Below the pieces are notes generated by a model that had not been told where the DNA came from, searched no databases, and worked only from the letters and a program-made list of their open reading frames with translations. From contig JBLDXI010000001.1 in the NCBI GenBank assembly GCA_047495785.1, positions 4,464,001 through 4,528,000 on the forward strand: DNA of 64,000 nucleotides. The letters run 5' to 3'. Source of the stretch: Lepidodermella squamata. Taxonomy: Eukaryota; Animalia; Gastrotricha. Below, in pieces: positions 25,887 to 38,060 of this stretch (the stretch's first letter is position 1; each line of letters opens with the position of its first letter). A program made the translations under genes and the position numbers.

Positions 25887-26905
25887 TGCACCACTTAAAT
25901 TGAGGTTTCAGCACTAAATTTAAGCGTCCTGGAACTTAATTTTTCGCAACGGCTGATATCGGTAAAATCACAGATTTTTAAAATCGATACTTTGAATCGA
26001 TATCGGCTCTGCAGGCCGATGTATAACTCGTAAACTGACCGCTTATAGCGCAAAATACTCGCAATATGACGATCTATCGGTTAGGCATGATAACAGGAAA
26101 ATTTAGATTCTAGTGAAGACTCAACTCAAAATCCATATTTAGTGGAAATATTTTCCGATTTTTGCCCACTGGACCACGCTCAGTGGCAGACACAACAAAT
26201 TATTCCTTATAAAAACCGTTGAGAAAAGGGGTAGGGGTATAGTTAATCGGCGTACACTTTTAAGACCTTATGAAGCCAGCCAGGTAGGGATTTCTCGAGT
26301 TAAAAATGTTTGTGCTTTTATATCGAAAATTGTGCTCGCTTCGCTCGCTGATAACTATTTTTTTTTATTTTCCAGTCCAAACCAACAGTTCCCATTCTCA
26401 TTAGACCCAATTTTCAATGATCAGGAATCTGGAATCTGTCCGGGAGGAAGTTAGAAAGAGACCTGAAATTTCTTCTTAGAGAAATTTTCTTCCTTCGAGA
26501 TGTTCATTTTTCGTATTTTCAGAGGCGAATTGCCGAAAAATCGGCTCGCTTCGCTCGCATTCTAGTCCTATCCTTTTGTTTCCCTGATTTTATAAAAGGC
26601 TATATATAAGACCTTACTTCCCTATAACAGCATTGAAGACTTCAGGATTTAAGCTTTAGGAAATAGCATCTGTGATTTTTAAATCGCGTATTAACTTGTT
26701 TCGCGAATTTCGCGAACTTCGAACCAATGTACTGCCGCTTAGCGAAAAAACGAAATAATTAAAAGAAATTCCAAATTGGCGTACACTTTTCGCAATTTTT
26801 TTCCAGTGGCAGACACTGTTGAGTCCCGAAAAAAAATCGGAGGACTGGTGGAAACCTAGGGCTGGAGTCTTAAAATTAGCGCTTGAAACCTAAATTTAAG
26901 GTGCA
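25887..26905. mobile_element. MITE-like / nested repeat block
   Basis: Imperfect inverted repeats of about 43 bp at 25887-25929 and 26864-26905. Internal direct repeats gctcgcttcgctcgc, ggcgtacacttt and cagtggcagacac each occur twice. Confidence 0.5.
25949..26121 (+). repeat. Dispersed repeat copy A
   Basis: Homologous to 39183-39334 (acggctgatat..aaaatcgatactt.gaatcgatatcggctc.gcaggccga..tatcggttaggca..agattctagt.aagact). Confidence 0.75.
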
Positions 26906-28089
26906 CAATTGTCACTACCATCGCTATCTAGTTACTGTATACCTTTGTCTCAGGAAAGTCGAGTCAAAATACGCCAAATTGTGTTCATGAATTGTTTCAA
27001 ATTTAAATATTTTTTTTCGATGCTATGTGATATTTTTTAAAGCGGCAAACCAGATATTCCTCATCACCTAGTAGAGGGGAACACAGTGGCGCAGTGGATC
27101 GAGGATTATAAAGGATTATATAAGGACTATAAATAAAGCTATTATTATCTAGTAGAGGGCTTTCGAATGGCTTCAAATTCAAGGTGAATGTGATTTTCCA
27201 ATTGATGTTTCCAAAATTAGGGCACCTGGGGCCCAAACTTCATTGCTACAGGTAGGCAGATAGCCAGGCCACAGGTTTGCCACTTGGCCCTTTTCCCCAT
27301 TTCATTCCCACAGAAGCCGAGAATTATTCGACTGTTTCTCGTCCGAAGTTAGAGCGGTCTATTGAGTTTTGTGAGTTGAACGAGACGCATTCTCGACTTT
27401 CGTCTGAACGTGAAGTATTAAATTTCCGTGGTCACCATTATCAGCATAGTGAAAGTCTAAAATCCCGAACTTCAATGTATACATACAAAGAAATTCGTGT
27501 AATCCGAACCATTTTCACTAGCTCGAAAAGTGAATTTTGCATGCAAATTTATGATCTAATCTGGGCTGATTTTGGTGGCCCGATTGGGGTCCGGTTTGAA
27601 CACTTTTCACTGTATTCCTCTCTGTTGCTAATCAAAGACGCCGAAGAACGACATTTGGATTCAAAAACCCCAGCTGAACTTGGATAGGCTTCTTGATGTA
27701 TGCTCACAAATGTACGCACTAAAAGATCTTCCTACAAACTTAGTACGGCACTCTGCGATTGGAAGTTTAATCAGAGCGCTCCAACGCACGTAACCAGCAT
27801 GCTCCAGCTACAGCCGCGCTTTGATTTCTGATGCTAATTCAAAGATCGATGCGTATCGACAAAGGAGCATTTTTTGACGCCAAACAGAACTATTTTTTTC
27901 GTAGTCATTTTGTCACGTTGCGTTCGAGGAGTAAAGCAGTATATCAAGTTACCAGCATTCCTCCACGGCGCATATTGTCAAAGGATTTTCAAAGCTTCAT
28001 TCATCTACGGCTTTTTTTATGAAATCCTGTTTCATCAGACGAAGCCCTTATCGATCGCTTATTATGTTTCTCGAATTTATTTTCAAGAC

Positions 28090-31000
28090 ATGATTCAGTT
28101 TAAATTGCTGTTTTACGCCCGTTGCATAACTACTTTTGTTAACTCAATCAACGCTACTTCAGTCGAACAGTTCCGGTTTCAACTGAATGGCTCTTTTCAT
28201 AAAACTGGCGTATCTAGGCTAAACGAGTCGATGCCAAACTTTGTTGCTTCATCGAATGTTCTATTGGAAAGATCAAGCGGCAAAGCAGTGCTTTCAATTC
28301 TTACGCCAATCAGCTACTCGTTTGGACTTGCCATGGGTCCGTATGCCACTCGATCAATTCAAATAGCTTTGGACCAACTCGCTGAGACGTTGAGCTTCGG
28401 GAAGAAGTACGAGCTGGTCTTCGAGATGTTCGACGATCAAGTGAGTTGGAATCAGTGTTTGGGATTTGATTTTGATTTTTCTTTTCCTTAAAATCAAATC
28501 GTCTGGAACCGAAATCAAATCTTCAAAATCAAATTACAAGTTTGGCAAATCTCTTAAAATTTTGAAAGAACTCACCTTAAAATTTGTTCACCTCGAAAAG
28601 CTGAATGACATGTTTTTTAGAACATGTGGTAGTAATTTTGAATGTTGAATACCGAAGTTCTTTGCTTCAAATGAATATTGGACATCATTTTTAGATGGAA
28701 AAATGGTGTAGAGATGTCGTTTTCAGTATTAAATTAAGACCTGATAAGGACTACAAAATCACGGTCTAAATCTTTGAAAAGCTGAATCAAATCTTTGCGC
28801 TAAAATCAAATAAAAAACTTTCAAATCAAATCCGTCAAAATCAAATCACGCAAAAATTAGCCCAAAATCAATCAAATCCCGTACACTGGTTAAAATGAAG
28901 CTAAAAAATTCGCATATAACTAATAGTAAATTTCGAGGCAAAGGGAAGAGATCAGGTGGGGTTTCACTAAAAATTTACGATTTCAACTTGTGCGTTGACT
29001 TTGTCATTTTCATTTTTATTGTCATTTAATCAATAATTATGCTTAATTCAGTGCTTAGATTCTCGAGCAATCGATGACATAATTTCCAAGCTACGTGATG
29101 ACGATTCCTCGATTCGCTTGCCAATTCTGATGTTACCCATCTGCCCTGATATAGGCCAATACGTGTTATCCCTGGCTGCGAAACCTCTCGGATTAGTCGC
29201 TGTAAGTTTCACCAAGTTGAGACATCTAAATTGTCTATCCCAATCAATGTCTAGATTGAATCGTTCAGTGTCAATGAAAACGTTGTCAGCGACGTTCAAC
29301 GGCACTCATCCACATTTCCCATTTCCCATGACGTTTACAGCGCCTATGCTGCTGGCGTTGAGTTCATTTCGCACCTCCAATGGCGCAAAGTCGCCATAAT
29401 TGCTGATTACATAACTCTATACAGCAATATCGCGAAGTGGCTGCTGAAAAAACTGGAGGCTCGCCGTATACAAGTTTTATCCGTAGTAAACGTGATAGAC
29501 CTTGCTGACCCTAAACGGTTTGAAGAATCCGTGCAAATAACGCAGGCACACGGGGCACGTGTCATCTTTCTGTTGACTGACTTCCCTGAAAGAATTCTGT
29601 GCTTCATGCACCGCGCTGGCTACTTCGGGCCACACTACGCATTTTTCGTTCATCGCTACCTCTTAGACTTTCTTCATCCGCAGAATTGCGAGATACCTGA
29701 ATTTTTGGCGGAGCTGTGTACGTGTGAAATGATCTCGGAGATGTCCCGGAGTGTGTTCTTAGTTGGCGAAGGTTTGCTAGCTGAAACAGACACGAACTCT
29801 AGCGATTCAACTGGATTAAGTTTCACCCAATATTTGGCCAAAATGAAGGATAAAATTGGAGATTTCGATTACCTTCATCCATGGGCAACTAATGTCTACG
29901 ACCAAACTCTTTTCACCGGATTTTGGCTAGATAGGATGGAACAAAATCTGGCTGAGAAAAGGAATGAAACTCTTCTTGATTGGACAGTTGATTCAAAAAA
30001 TTTCAAGCAAAATTCAGCCTTATTCGAATCGCTGATGGAGGATATTCTGTACAGAATGCCGCCAGTTGTTGGGTTTAAAAGTGTTATTAAATTCAGCCCT
30101 TTGACTCATCGAAACACAAAAGGCTTCTCGCCAATTCTTTTCACTCAGATGCAATGGAGTGAAAATTCTAGTAACTCTAGTGAGGCTTTCGAACCAAAAA
30201 CTGTTGCAGTATTCGATACTAGCGAGATTCGACCTATGACGGTTTTCAAGGATGCAATGAAATGGAGAACCCCTGGTAACAGGCAATTTTCAGATTCTTT
30301 CACCTACATCAAAGCATTTCAGCCCGTAATATCATCGAACATGGTTTCAATTTTAGCTGGTTTGCTTTTGACTTTTCTTGTAGCAATTTTTTGCATCATT
30401 TAATTTCAGTTACAAGCGCCATAGGTGTTGTTGTCACACTATTCCTTATGTGCCCACCAAAGCCAGTTATTTCGATATTCCTGTCCGATAACACTGATCC
30501 GAGTGTTAATTCCGACATCCTAATATCTCAAAGCCGAGCGCCTTTGATCGGGACCTTATTCTTATTCCTCCAAAGCTTTATCCTACCATTTTCAGGACAT
30601 TTAGAGCCTATGAGAACTTGTCAAGTTGTTGGGGCTATAACTTTCACCGGCGTATGTCTCATGATCTCCGGGAACTTCTTCAAGCTTCATTCGATGCTGG
30701 CGAGTGTTCGTGGGACGAAAATGAGCTTCAGGCGCAAAGACTGCGCTATCCACATAGCTAAGAGTGTGTTCTGGGTCGCGATGAATACTCCCCTGTTCCT
30801 GGCGATTCTGCCCATGGTGAATTATGGAGAGATTATTTACGAACGGCATGTGTCGCCTACGGATCCTGATGTCGTATTCCTGAAAACTAACTTCTATTGC
30901 CATGTCAGGATAAAGCATCCATCGGCTGTTGGAGCCTATATTGAGTTGTGTTTACTGCAAATTGTGATGGTTATTGCAACTTTGGCTCTGGTCTGCAGGT

Positions 31001-31475
31001 TATTTCATGTGAGTTTATGAGCAAAATTTGTATCAGCATTTCTTTCAATTGTTTTTGTTTCGCATAGACCGTGGAAAAGAGAAGGCGAACTAAGAGGTAT
31101 TCGTATGGTGCAGTCGTCATCTTTTGCTCGATTTTGTGTCTCCTGGCTAGCGCATTTCTCGCCGCCGTAGTCAACGCTAGCAATGACCGTCATTTGATAT
31201 TGGTAATCTCCGGCGGATCGCTGGCAACAGGGTTCGCGTCGATTATACTGACTGTATTCGAACTACGGGTCAGAACATCCAGTGAAGCCCTGCAGCCAGT
31301 ATCAGCGCTTAAAAAAATCAGCAACCGGCCGTCGACTGTGGCAACATCTCTAGCAGCCACTAGTCGCAGCGTTTCGTTAACAGCCATTGAACCGACTCCT
31401 GCCCCAGAAGTGCGAATTGCTGAGATACAAGTTCATTTTCCTGATCTGCACCTATGCCATGACTCAGCCACATAG
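28090..31475 (+). CDS. GABA-B-like class C GPCR paralog 4
   Basis: Exons 28090-28440, 29052-29201, 29255-30359, 30410-31008, 31068-31475. Same four intron positions and phases as paralogs 2 and 3. Confidence 0.85.
28453..28888. mobile_element. hAT-type MITE in intron 1 of GPCR paralog 4
   Basis: TIR cagtgtttgggatttgatt ... aatcaaatcccgtacactg. The 8-bp flanks gttggaat/gttaaaat match 6/8, and there are many subterminal aaatc repeats. Confidence 0.75.
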
Positions 31476-32400
31476 AGTGACTTTCAGGCACCAGGAAAAA
31501 TTAAGAAGACGATCAATATCCCTCTCATTGGAGCAACGAAAAACGAGGACATTTTTTGACAAGTTATAGCCTGAAATTTTTAGTGGCCTGATATTGCTCA
31601 TTTTAATGCTGATTAATGAAGCTTTGATTGACGGTTTCTTGAGATTATCTGAAAGTATTTCCGCGGCCTATGAGTGATTCAGATATTTGTGATTTACCGT
31701 TAACGATTTGTCCAGTCCAACCCAAGCATCTGAAACTCGATCAATCCCTGCGATTTTTGATACAAACACAGCTACACCCACAACTAATCCTACGAAGTGA
31801 AACATGATAGCTGAGAACGACAGCCTCCATTCGGCAAATTACAGGCTTCTGCGTCTCATCCCTCGTACACTGTAGCATTGACGCCAGGTGAGTGAAGCAG
31901 TCCAGCTAATTTTTAATTAAATATTATGTTCAAACTTTCAACTCGAAAGCCTGGACTCGAAGATTCGCGAGTTAAATATATGCAAATAAATGTCAACTCT
32001 TTATGATCTTTTCATCTAAAATATTCAGTTTCGGAAGCTTCCAGGTATTTGAAAGCATTTGCTAACCAAGTCATTCTGCATCAGAAAGATTAAACCAGGG
32101 TCTCTCAAGCCGAGGCTATTCGACCCTTTTCAGGGAGTTGCGAGTTTCACTCTGATAAACAGAAAACAAATGATTGCGGAGGTCTCCTATTCCAGGAAAC
32201 TTAAATATCTTCGAATACCGAAACTAACATTACATGCTTTTTGCCTGTTTTCGACTAACCGCGTCATTTTCATTCCATAACTTTCACAAGCTTCACACCA
32301 AGAGAGGACAAAGTCATTTTTATTTTCGAGTTTAAATTTCACGAGTCAAAGCTAATAAAACTTTTTATAATTTATTATGAACCTCCATCAGGATTAGGTT

Positions 32401-34045
32401 TCACATATCTTTCTTCGTCTGACTCGATTTCGCCGCATTTTTGCGGTCAGAGGCGTTTGAAATCGATCTGAACATGGAAACGCTCAACTGCAAAGTAGCC
32501 ACAAAAATTAGCACAGCACACAGCGTAGAAGTCATCATTAGCTGTAAAAACGGCAACTTTTGATGCACATGCCGAAAAAACACAGGGAACACTTCGATCG
32601 CCGCAAAAGCGATCATTATCAAAACGAAAATCAGTTTGCTGCCAAAAGGCTGTTTCACATTGTTCCAGCCAGCACACAGACCGATAAAAATGAGATGAAT
32701 CAAGTAAATTCCGACTTTGATCGGGTATTCAGCCTCCGTGAATAACAGCGGGAATAACGAGTAGTACCCAGCTGTTGAGAGCAGGGCGAAAGACCGAAAT
32801 TCCGCAGTAGACTGAAGAGCCGAAAATAGCCCAAGTGGAATGAGGACCATGCAAATTGCCTTTTCGTGAACGTGCCAGCCAAACAGAAACGAAATTAACG
32901 ATGAAAACACGACCAATCTCGCGAGATCTGACCGCTGGCGAGATCTCAGCCAAAAAATTACGAGGCCAGGCTGTTCAAAAATTTGAAATAAATTCCGAAA
33001 AAATTATAAATCAACTCACAATTGTAAAGAAAAGAGTGCAGAAAAACGTGATTTTCGGATCGATTTGGGGTAAAACAGCGAATTTCTGCTCGCCCACCAA
33101 CCCGCCAGTCATCGATCCAACAACCTCACTCTTTCGGCCTAGGAATTTCGTGAAAACCTGATCTGCGGCTTTATCAGCTGCGGCGTACAGGGCCCAGGCG
33201 TTCGGAGCCCAATACGCGTGCATGAGGCCGCGTTGGAAGGGGAACAGTCGCGATAAAACTTGCGGGATATGCGCGGCAAATGGGCCGAAAGACGCGGCGA
33301 AAACTGATACAGTAACCACGCCAAGACTTGCGAAGTTCAGGAAACTGAACGAACTCAACTCAACTCGGCCAGTTTTATCGTCGATTTTCGAGAAGCAATG
33401 GTACTTGAGTAAGGCGAGCGTGTAGGCCGGGGCGCAGTACAGGAAGATGTGTTTGAGATTCAGCAGGAGGGCGAATAGGAAGGCTGATGTGAGAAAACGG
33501 CCGTTTTGAAACGCGACGATCGACCAAATCAAGACGCCATATAAAATTCCATTGTACTGAAAATGTATATCTGAAAAAATCAAAAATCCATCTTGTTCAC
33601 ACTATAGATAGCTAAAATTTACGATCTACAATGAAGAGCCCAGGGGACAGTAAGGTTAGCAGCGTAATCGCATAGGCCTTATTCGGCTCTTTCTCCGCGT
33701 AAGATTTCGCCCAAAAGTAGACGCCAGCAATGAGTACAAACTCGGTTACGATGACGCTGAGTCTTTGGAAATAGACAACACTTGGGGCGGCGTAGTTGAG
33801 ATAGTCGAGTCGAACGATTTCCGGATCGACTCGAGCTGCTATTTGAGAGAGGCCGTATTCGAACCACGCGAACGCAGGCGGGTAGTCCAGTGTCCAAATG
33901 CTGGTATTCTGAGTTGAAATTGTTCACATTTTCGAAAGGTTAGCAGATTAGAGATTAGAATACAACCTCGTAATACCATTTCGATATCGGCAGGGTGTTA
34001 GTTATAGCCAGCCAGTTTCGGTGAACTTCGAAATCGGTTGAATGA
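32401..34045 (-). CDS. ALG8: ALG8 alpha-1,3-glucosyltransferase (first exon not resolved)
   Basis: Exons 34045-33967, 33908-33623, 33570-33020, 32970-32401. Motifs [57 protein letters not shown] and GWHVHEKAI. Confidence 0.95.
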
Positions 34046-36978
34046 CTAAAATGAAAGGTGAAATTATGTTAACTTCAAGGCAACTCTGCTTAGTTATAGC
34101 TTCACAGTAGAGGTAATGAGCTATTAAAAGCTTGAATATCAAGAATCTGCAACGATTAATTTATGACTAATTTCTGGTTCTTTTTTCCCTCCATGTTTTA
34201 AATATGCAATTGCTGCTAATTGCAGTCCTGTTATGGTTGAAACTAGTGTGCCTTTAGGCCTTCGTGACGCTATCCGCCGACTTCCATGGGCTGACCTCAT
34301 GGGCTTCGAGCGACCTCAACAACCCCACTCGGAACACATCTTTGCTTTCGATGCTATCCTCCTTCGTCAAGAAGTCGTCTGAAGGGCGCCAACAACGTTT
34401 GACCATGAGTTCAAGCGCCGCCCAGATTCGTGGTGAATTCATTTCTACAACGAACGAATTCGACTACGCTTCTGGTAGGGTATTGGTATAAGACATACCA
34501 GCTCTAAATTGAAAGACCGGAACTCTGACCTCAGCCTGCAATAGGTACCATCTAGCGTGATAAAGCCAATGGCATTACCTTCTGGGTTCACATTTCTTGT
34601 TTCAACTGATCTGCGAGTTGAACACCTTCTAGTGGTCTTCCGGCAGAAGCCAGCGGTTGGCGGTGATGTGTTGACTGGTTAAGATCAGGACAACCAGGTT
34701 ACGACTACGAGCGTACCACGCTCCCTGGAGAACGAATCACCACGAACGGCCGTCCCTGAGGACAGAAATAGCTACGGTCGTATGTCGTATGATACCACAC
34801 TCATTTAGAAACCCTACAAGTCAGTCGGTCTCGACTACTAGGTTGGGACAGCTTTCGTTGCCACATCAGCAAATCAACAAATGACACAGCTATGGCACCT
34901 GGCGGTTACACCAAGTACCTACAAGCACCAGACGTGGCCTGGAATAAACTGCTCAAAGCGAAACTCAGCTAATACTACGGCGGCTAAACACGGCAAGCTC
35001 TTAGTCACTTCGGAGTGGCCATCAGAATCCTTCTCCCGTAAGAAGTTCCATGTCAATCAGCCACTTGAAATCCTATTTTTGATCTGCTGCAATGCATTTA
35101 TAAATGATTTATAGCGAACGATTTATAACGTGTGTGAGCTCTTCCACACTACGATACAACTTCCTTCGTTCAAATAACCCTAATTTCGTTTGTCGTTTTT
35201 TCTCATTTGGTCGGGTTCCGATGGAGAGGCAAATCATTGGTGATCTTTGGCAAGGGAGACTTCGTGTATCCCATTTATAGCGTAATTCAGGGCGCTCCGC
35301 AGAAAATTGCTGATGGGTCGCAAACGGCTGTAGTCATTAAACACGAGAGTGACGCTATCAGGGTTGTCATCAAGAGCTCGGGCGTTACGCTATTCAACGG
35401 GTGTTCGATCCGGATCACGGAGCCAACGATAACGGTTGTAGAAATCTGAAAAGACGCCTGGAATTTCATCTAAATCTGCATGCCTTTCCAGGCTGCATCG
35501 CGTTACAGCGAAACCGGATACAGGTATGAACTTTGGGTCGATGCGGGCAACGTAGAACACAAGGCCAATTTCGCTGGGCAACAGGAGGACAAATTCTCAA
35601 TGGTTGACGACCTGTTCGACAAGCAAGCTCACGAAAAAATAGCCGTTAAAGGTCTAGGCACAAATTGAGGATGACGAAGGAAGGAAACTGCACGTAGCTA
35701 ACAACGTCTTACTAGCGATTCATGATCGACAGGCGAACATCCGCTAATATGCGAAATCAACGAGCAAATTAAGTCGGAGAAAACCTGGCAGGCTAACCGA
35801 GGGTTGTATAAAACGTCTATTAATTTCGTGAATTTGGTACAAGCCTGGCTGTCCAATGGGGCCAAAACATCTGTCGCGCGCAAATCAGGACCATAACGAG
35901 ATTCTGTTTAATCAGTTTCGCCGCGATGGCAACTCGCCAAAGTCAAATCCAAATTTTACTGCTATTCAGCGCCGGGCTGGAAAATTAAGATTCAGCGGCG
36001 GCTATTTCAGATGCAGCCGTTATTTTCGCGATAAAGGCGCTGGTTCGCCGGTTGCTTCTCGTGCAAGTTTGAAGAAATTTGGCAAGGATTGACGGAGGTC
36101 AGCGAAATCTCTTTTCGTTCAGTTCTTATATTCTACAAATTATTACCTCTTCTTGCTCAAAAAGACAGCTGATTCCGAGCTTCGTGACGTAAAGTAAATC
36201 TTTTTATCGAATTATCTTGAGGAATATTTATTTTCGGGATTAAGGTCCTCGAGGCGATGGATTCGGCGAGCGCCAACAACTCGCCGGGGCAGTCTCCGCT
36301 GGGCGGCCGAACGTCCGCTCCACTCGCCGCGGCCGACGACGCCAGCCACTGAAGTTGTCTATGGCTCGACTTTGGCTCAGTGATGATTCGATTGCTTTAC
36401 TCAATTTCGCGTTTAAAGCATCATTTCTCGGTTATAATGTTGTATATAATGTAAATGAAACGAAAACTTCATGTTGATAAAACATAATGATTTATTGATT
36501 CATATTTTCTAACAGCAGCTAAAAACTCGTCGCCATCGTCGACAATTTTACTTTTTCTACAACCCCAGAGGTGAATCTGAAAATAGGTTGAAAGCCCCAA
36601 AAACTGCTACTGCTGCTAGAAAATCTTTCTTCAGTTGTAGAATGGTTGCAATATGGAATTCCTTGCCTCTTTACCTCAAAAACATCCATGAGTTGAATTT
36701 TTTAAATGATGTTTGGTAATCATAACGATATCCTAGTGAAACATATGATCAACTCCGTATAATTTCGCATGTATCATTTGCCCTCAATAAATTTGATGTT
36801 AATATCTTTCTTCCTGGGCGCATGTTAGTAGCTTTGCGTCCCATGCTGTTATAATATAATAGTCTTCTCTGAACTGATATCTGATATGATTACTGATTTA
36901 CTATTAGCTAGTCAATAATTAATTCAACTGGCTTAACAGCAATAAAACATATTGTACCATAACCAAATATAAATAGGG

Positions 36979-37581
36979 TCATTCCAGCTAAATTCGACAA
37001 AGCGACCGTACCAAGATTCTTGGAATAGATTGAAAATTTTAAAAAATACCAAATTTTAAACCGAGATTTAATTTTATCCATATTCACACAGTCCATATTC
37101 ATGGGCCATTTATTCAAAAAATTAAATATCGGTTTACAATTTTTTATCACCGCGGTTTCGAAATATGTTTTATACAGTTTTTGCGCTGAATCCGCTGGTA
37201 TAAGATTCGAGGGGTTTGGAGCCGCTCGAAAGGGTGAAAAGTCATGGTGAAAATAGCCATTTTCGCTATATTTATCTATCGTGCTGGAAAGTAATCAGCG
37301 TAGGTAGAGCAAGACGCCACTCTGATCGCTTAGGTACATGAAGTTACTTGATTATCTGATAACGAGATCTCCTCTCGAGCGTTCATATCTGGTGAGATCT
37401 AGAATCCTGGCAGCAGTTTCTACTATAATTTGTTTTAAATTTGTAGAAGCCCACCATTGCGTCACCGAAAAAAGTCACAAGAGTAAAGGTTTCCTAATTT
37501 TTCGAGCTCTATCCGATAAAAATAATTCCAAGCTATTCTAAGAAAATTGGTACGGTCGCTTGTCGAATTGAGCTGGAATGA
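36979..37581. mobile_element. MITE-like element with ~50-bp inverted repeats
   Basis: tcattccagctaaattcgacaaagcgaccgtaccaa..gaatag (36979-37028) is the imperfect reverse complement of 37533-37581. The true termini may lie further out. Confidence 0.6.
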
Positions 37582-38060
37582 ACCAATATTTTACTGTTGT
37601 ATTATTACGGAACAAAGGATTATTCTATAGCTAGCCACCGAGAAATGACATTTCCCCCTGACCTGAAACCCCGAGCGAGTTTGCCGCAACCTTCTATTAT
37701 GGTAAAAAGAAACTTACTAGGCAGGAATCAGCAGCAATTTTACTCCGGTCACAGCGAGGAAAACACTCAGGAACACCAGATTGAATGAGATCTTCTCCTT
37801 GGTCATTATTACACTTCGAATGTAATAAAATAACTACAGAAAAATGAGACGCATCATCATCAGAAAAAGACGCATAATGTCGAACGTTTTTTGACAGTTT
37901 TATTTTTCACAAAAAAATTCCAATTTTCATTGGTCGCATGAACCACATCATCTCACCACGCTCACTAATCGAGAAAACCACCACTTCAGTCAAGCACCTA
38001 TAATGATAACACATGAGCAGCACACGCTCGTTACTTTATTCATCCTCAATAATAAATTGG

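Noticed and set aside
27874-28089. ORF extension upstream of GPCR paralog 4
   Set aside because: It starts at TTG. The ATG at 28090 matches the paralog N-terminal length and gives a signal-like segment.
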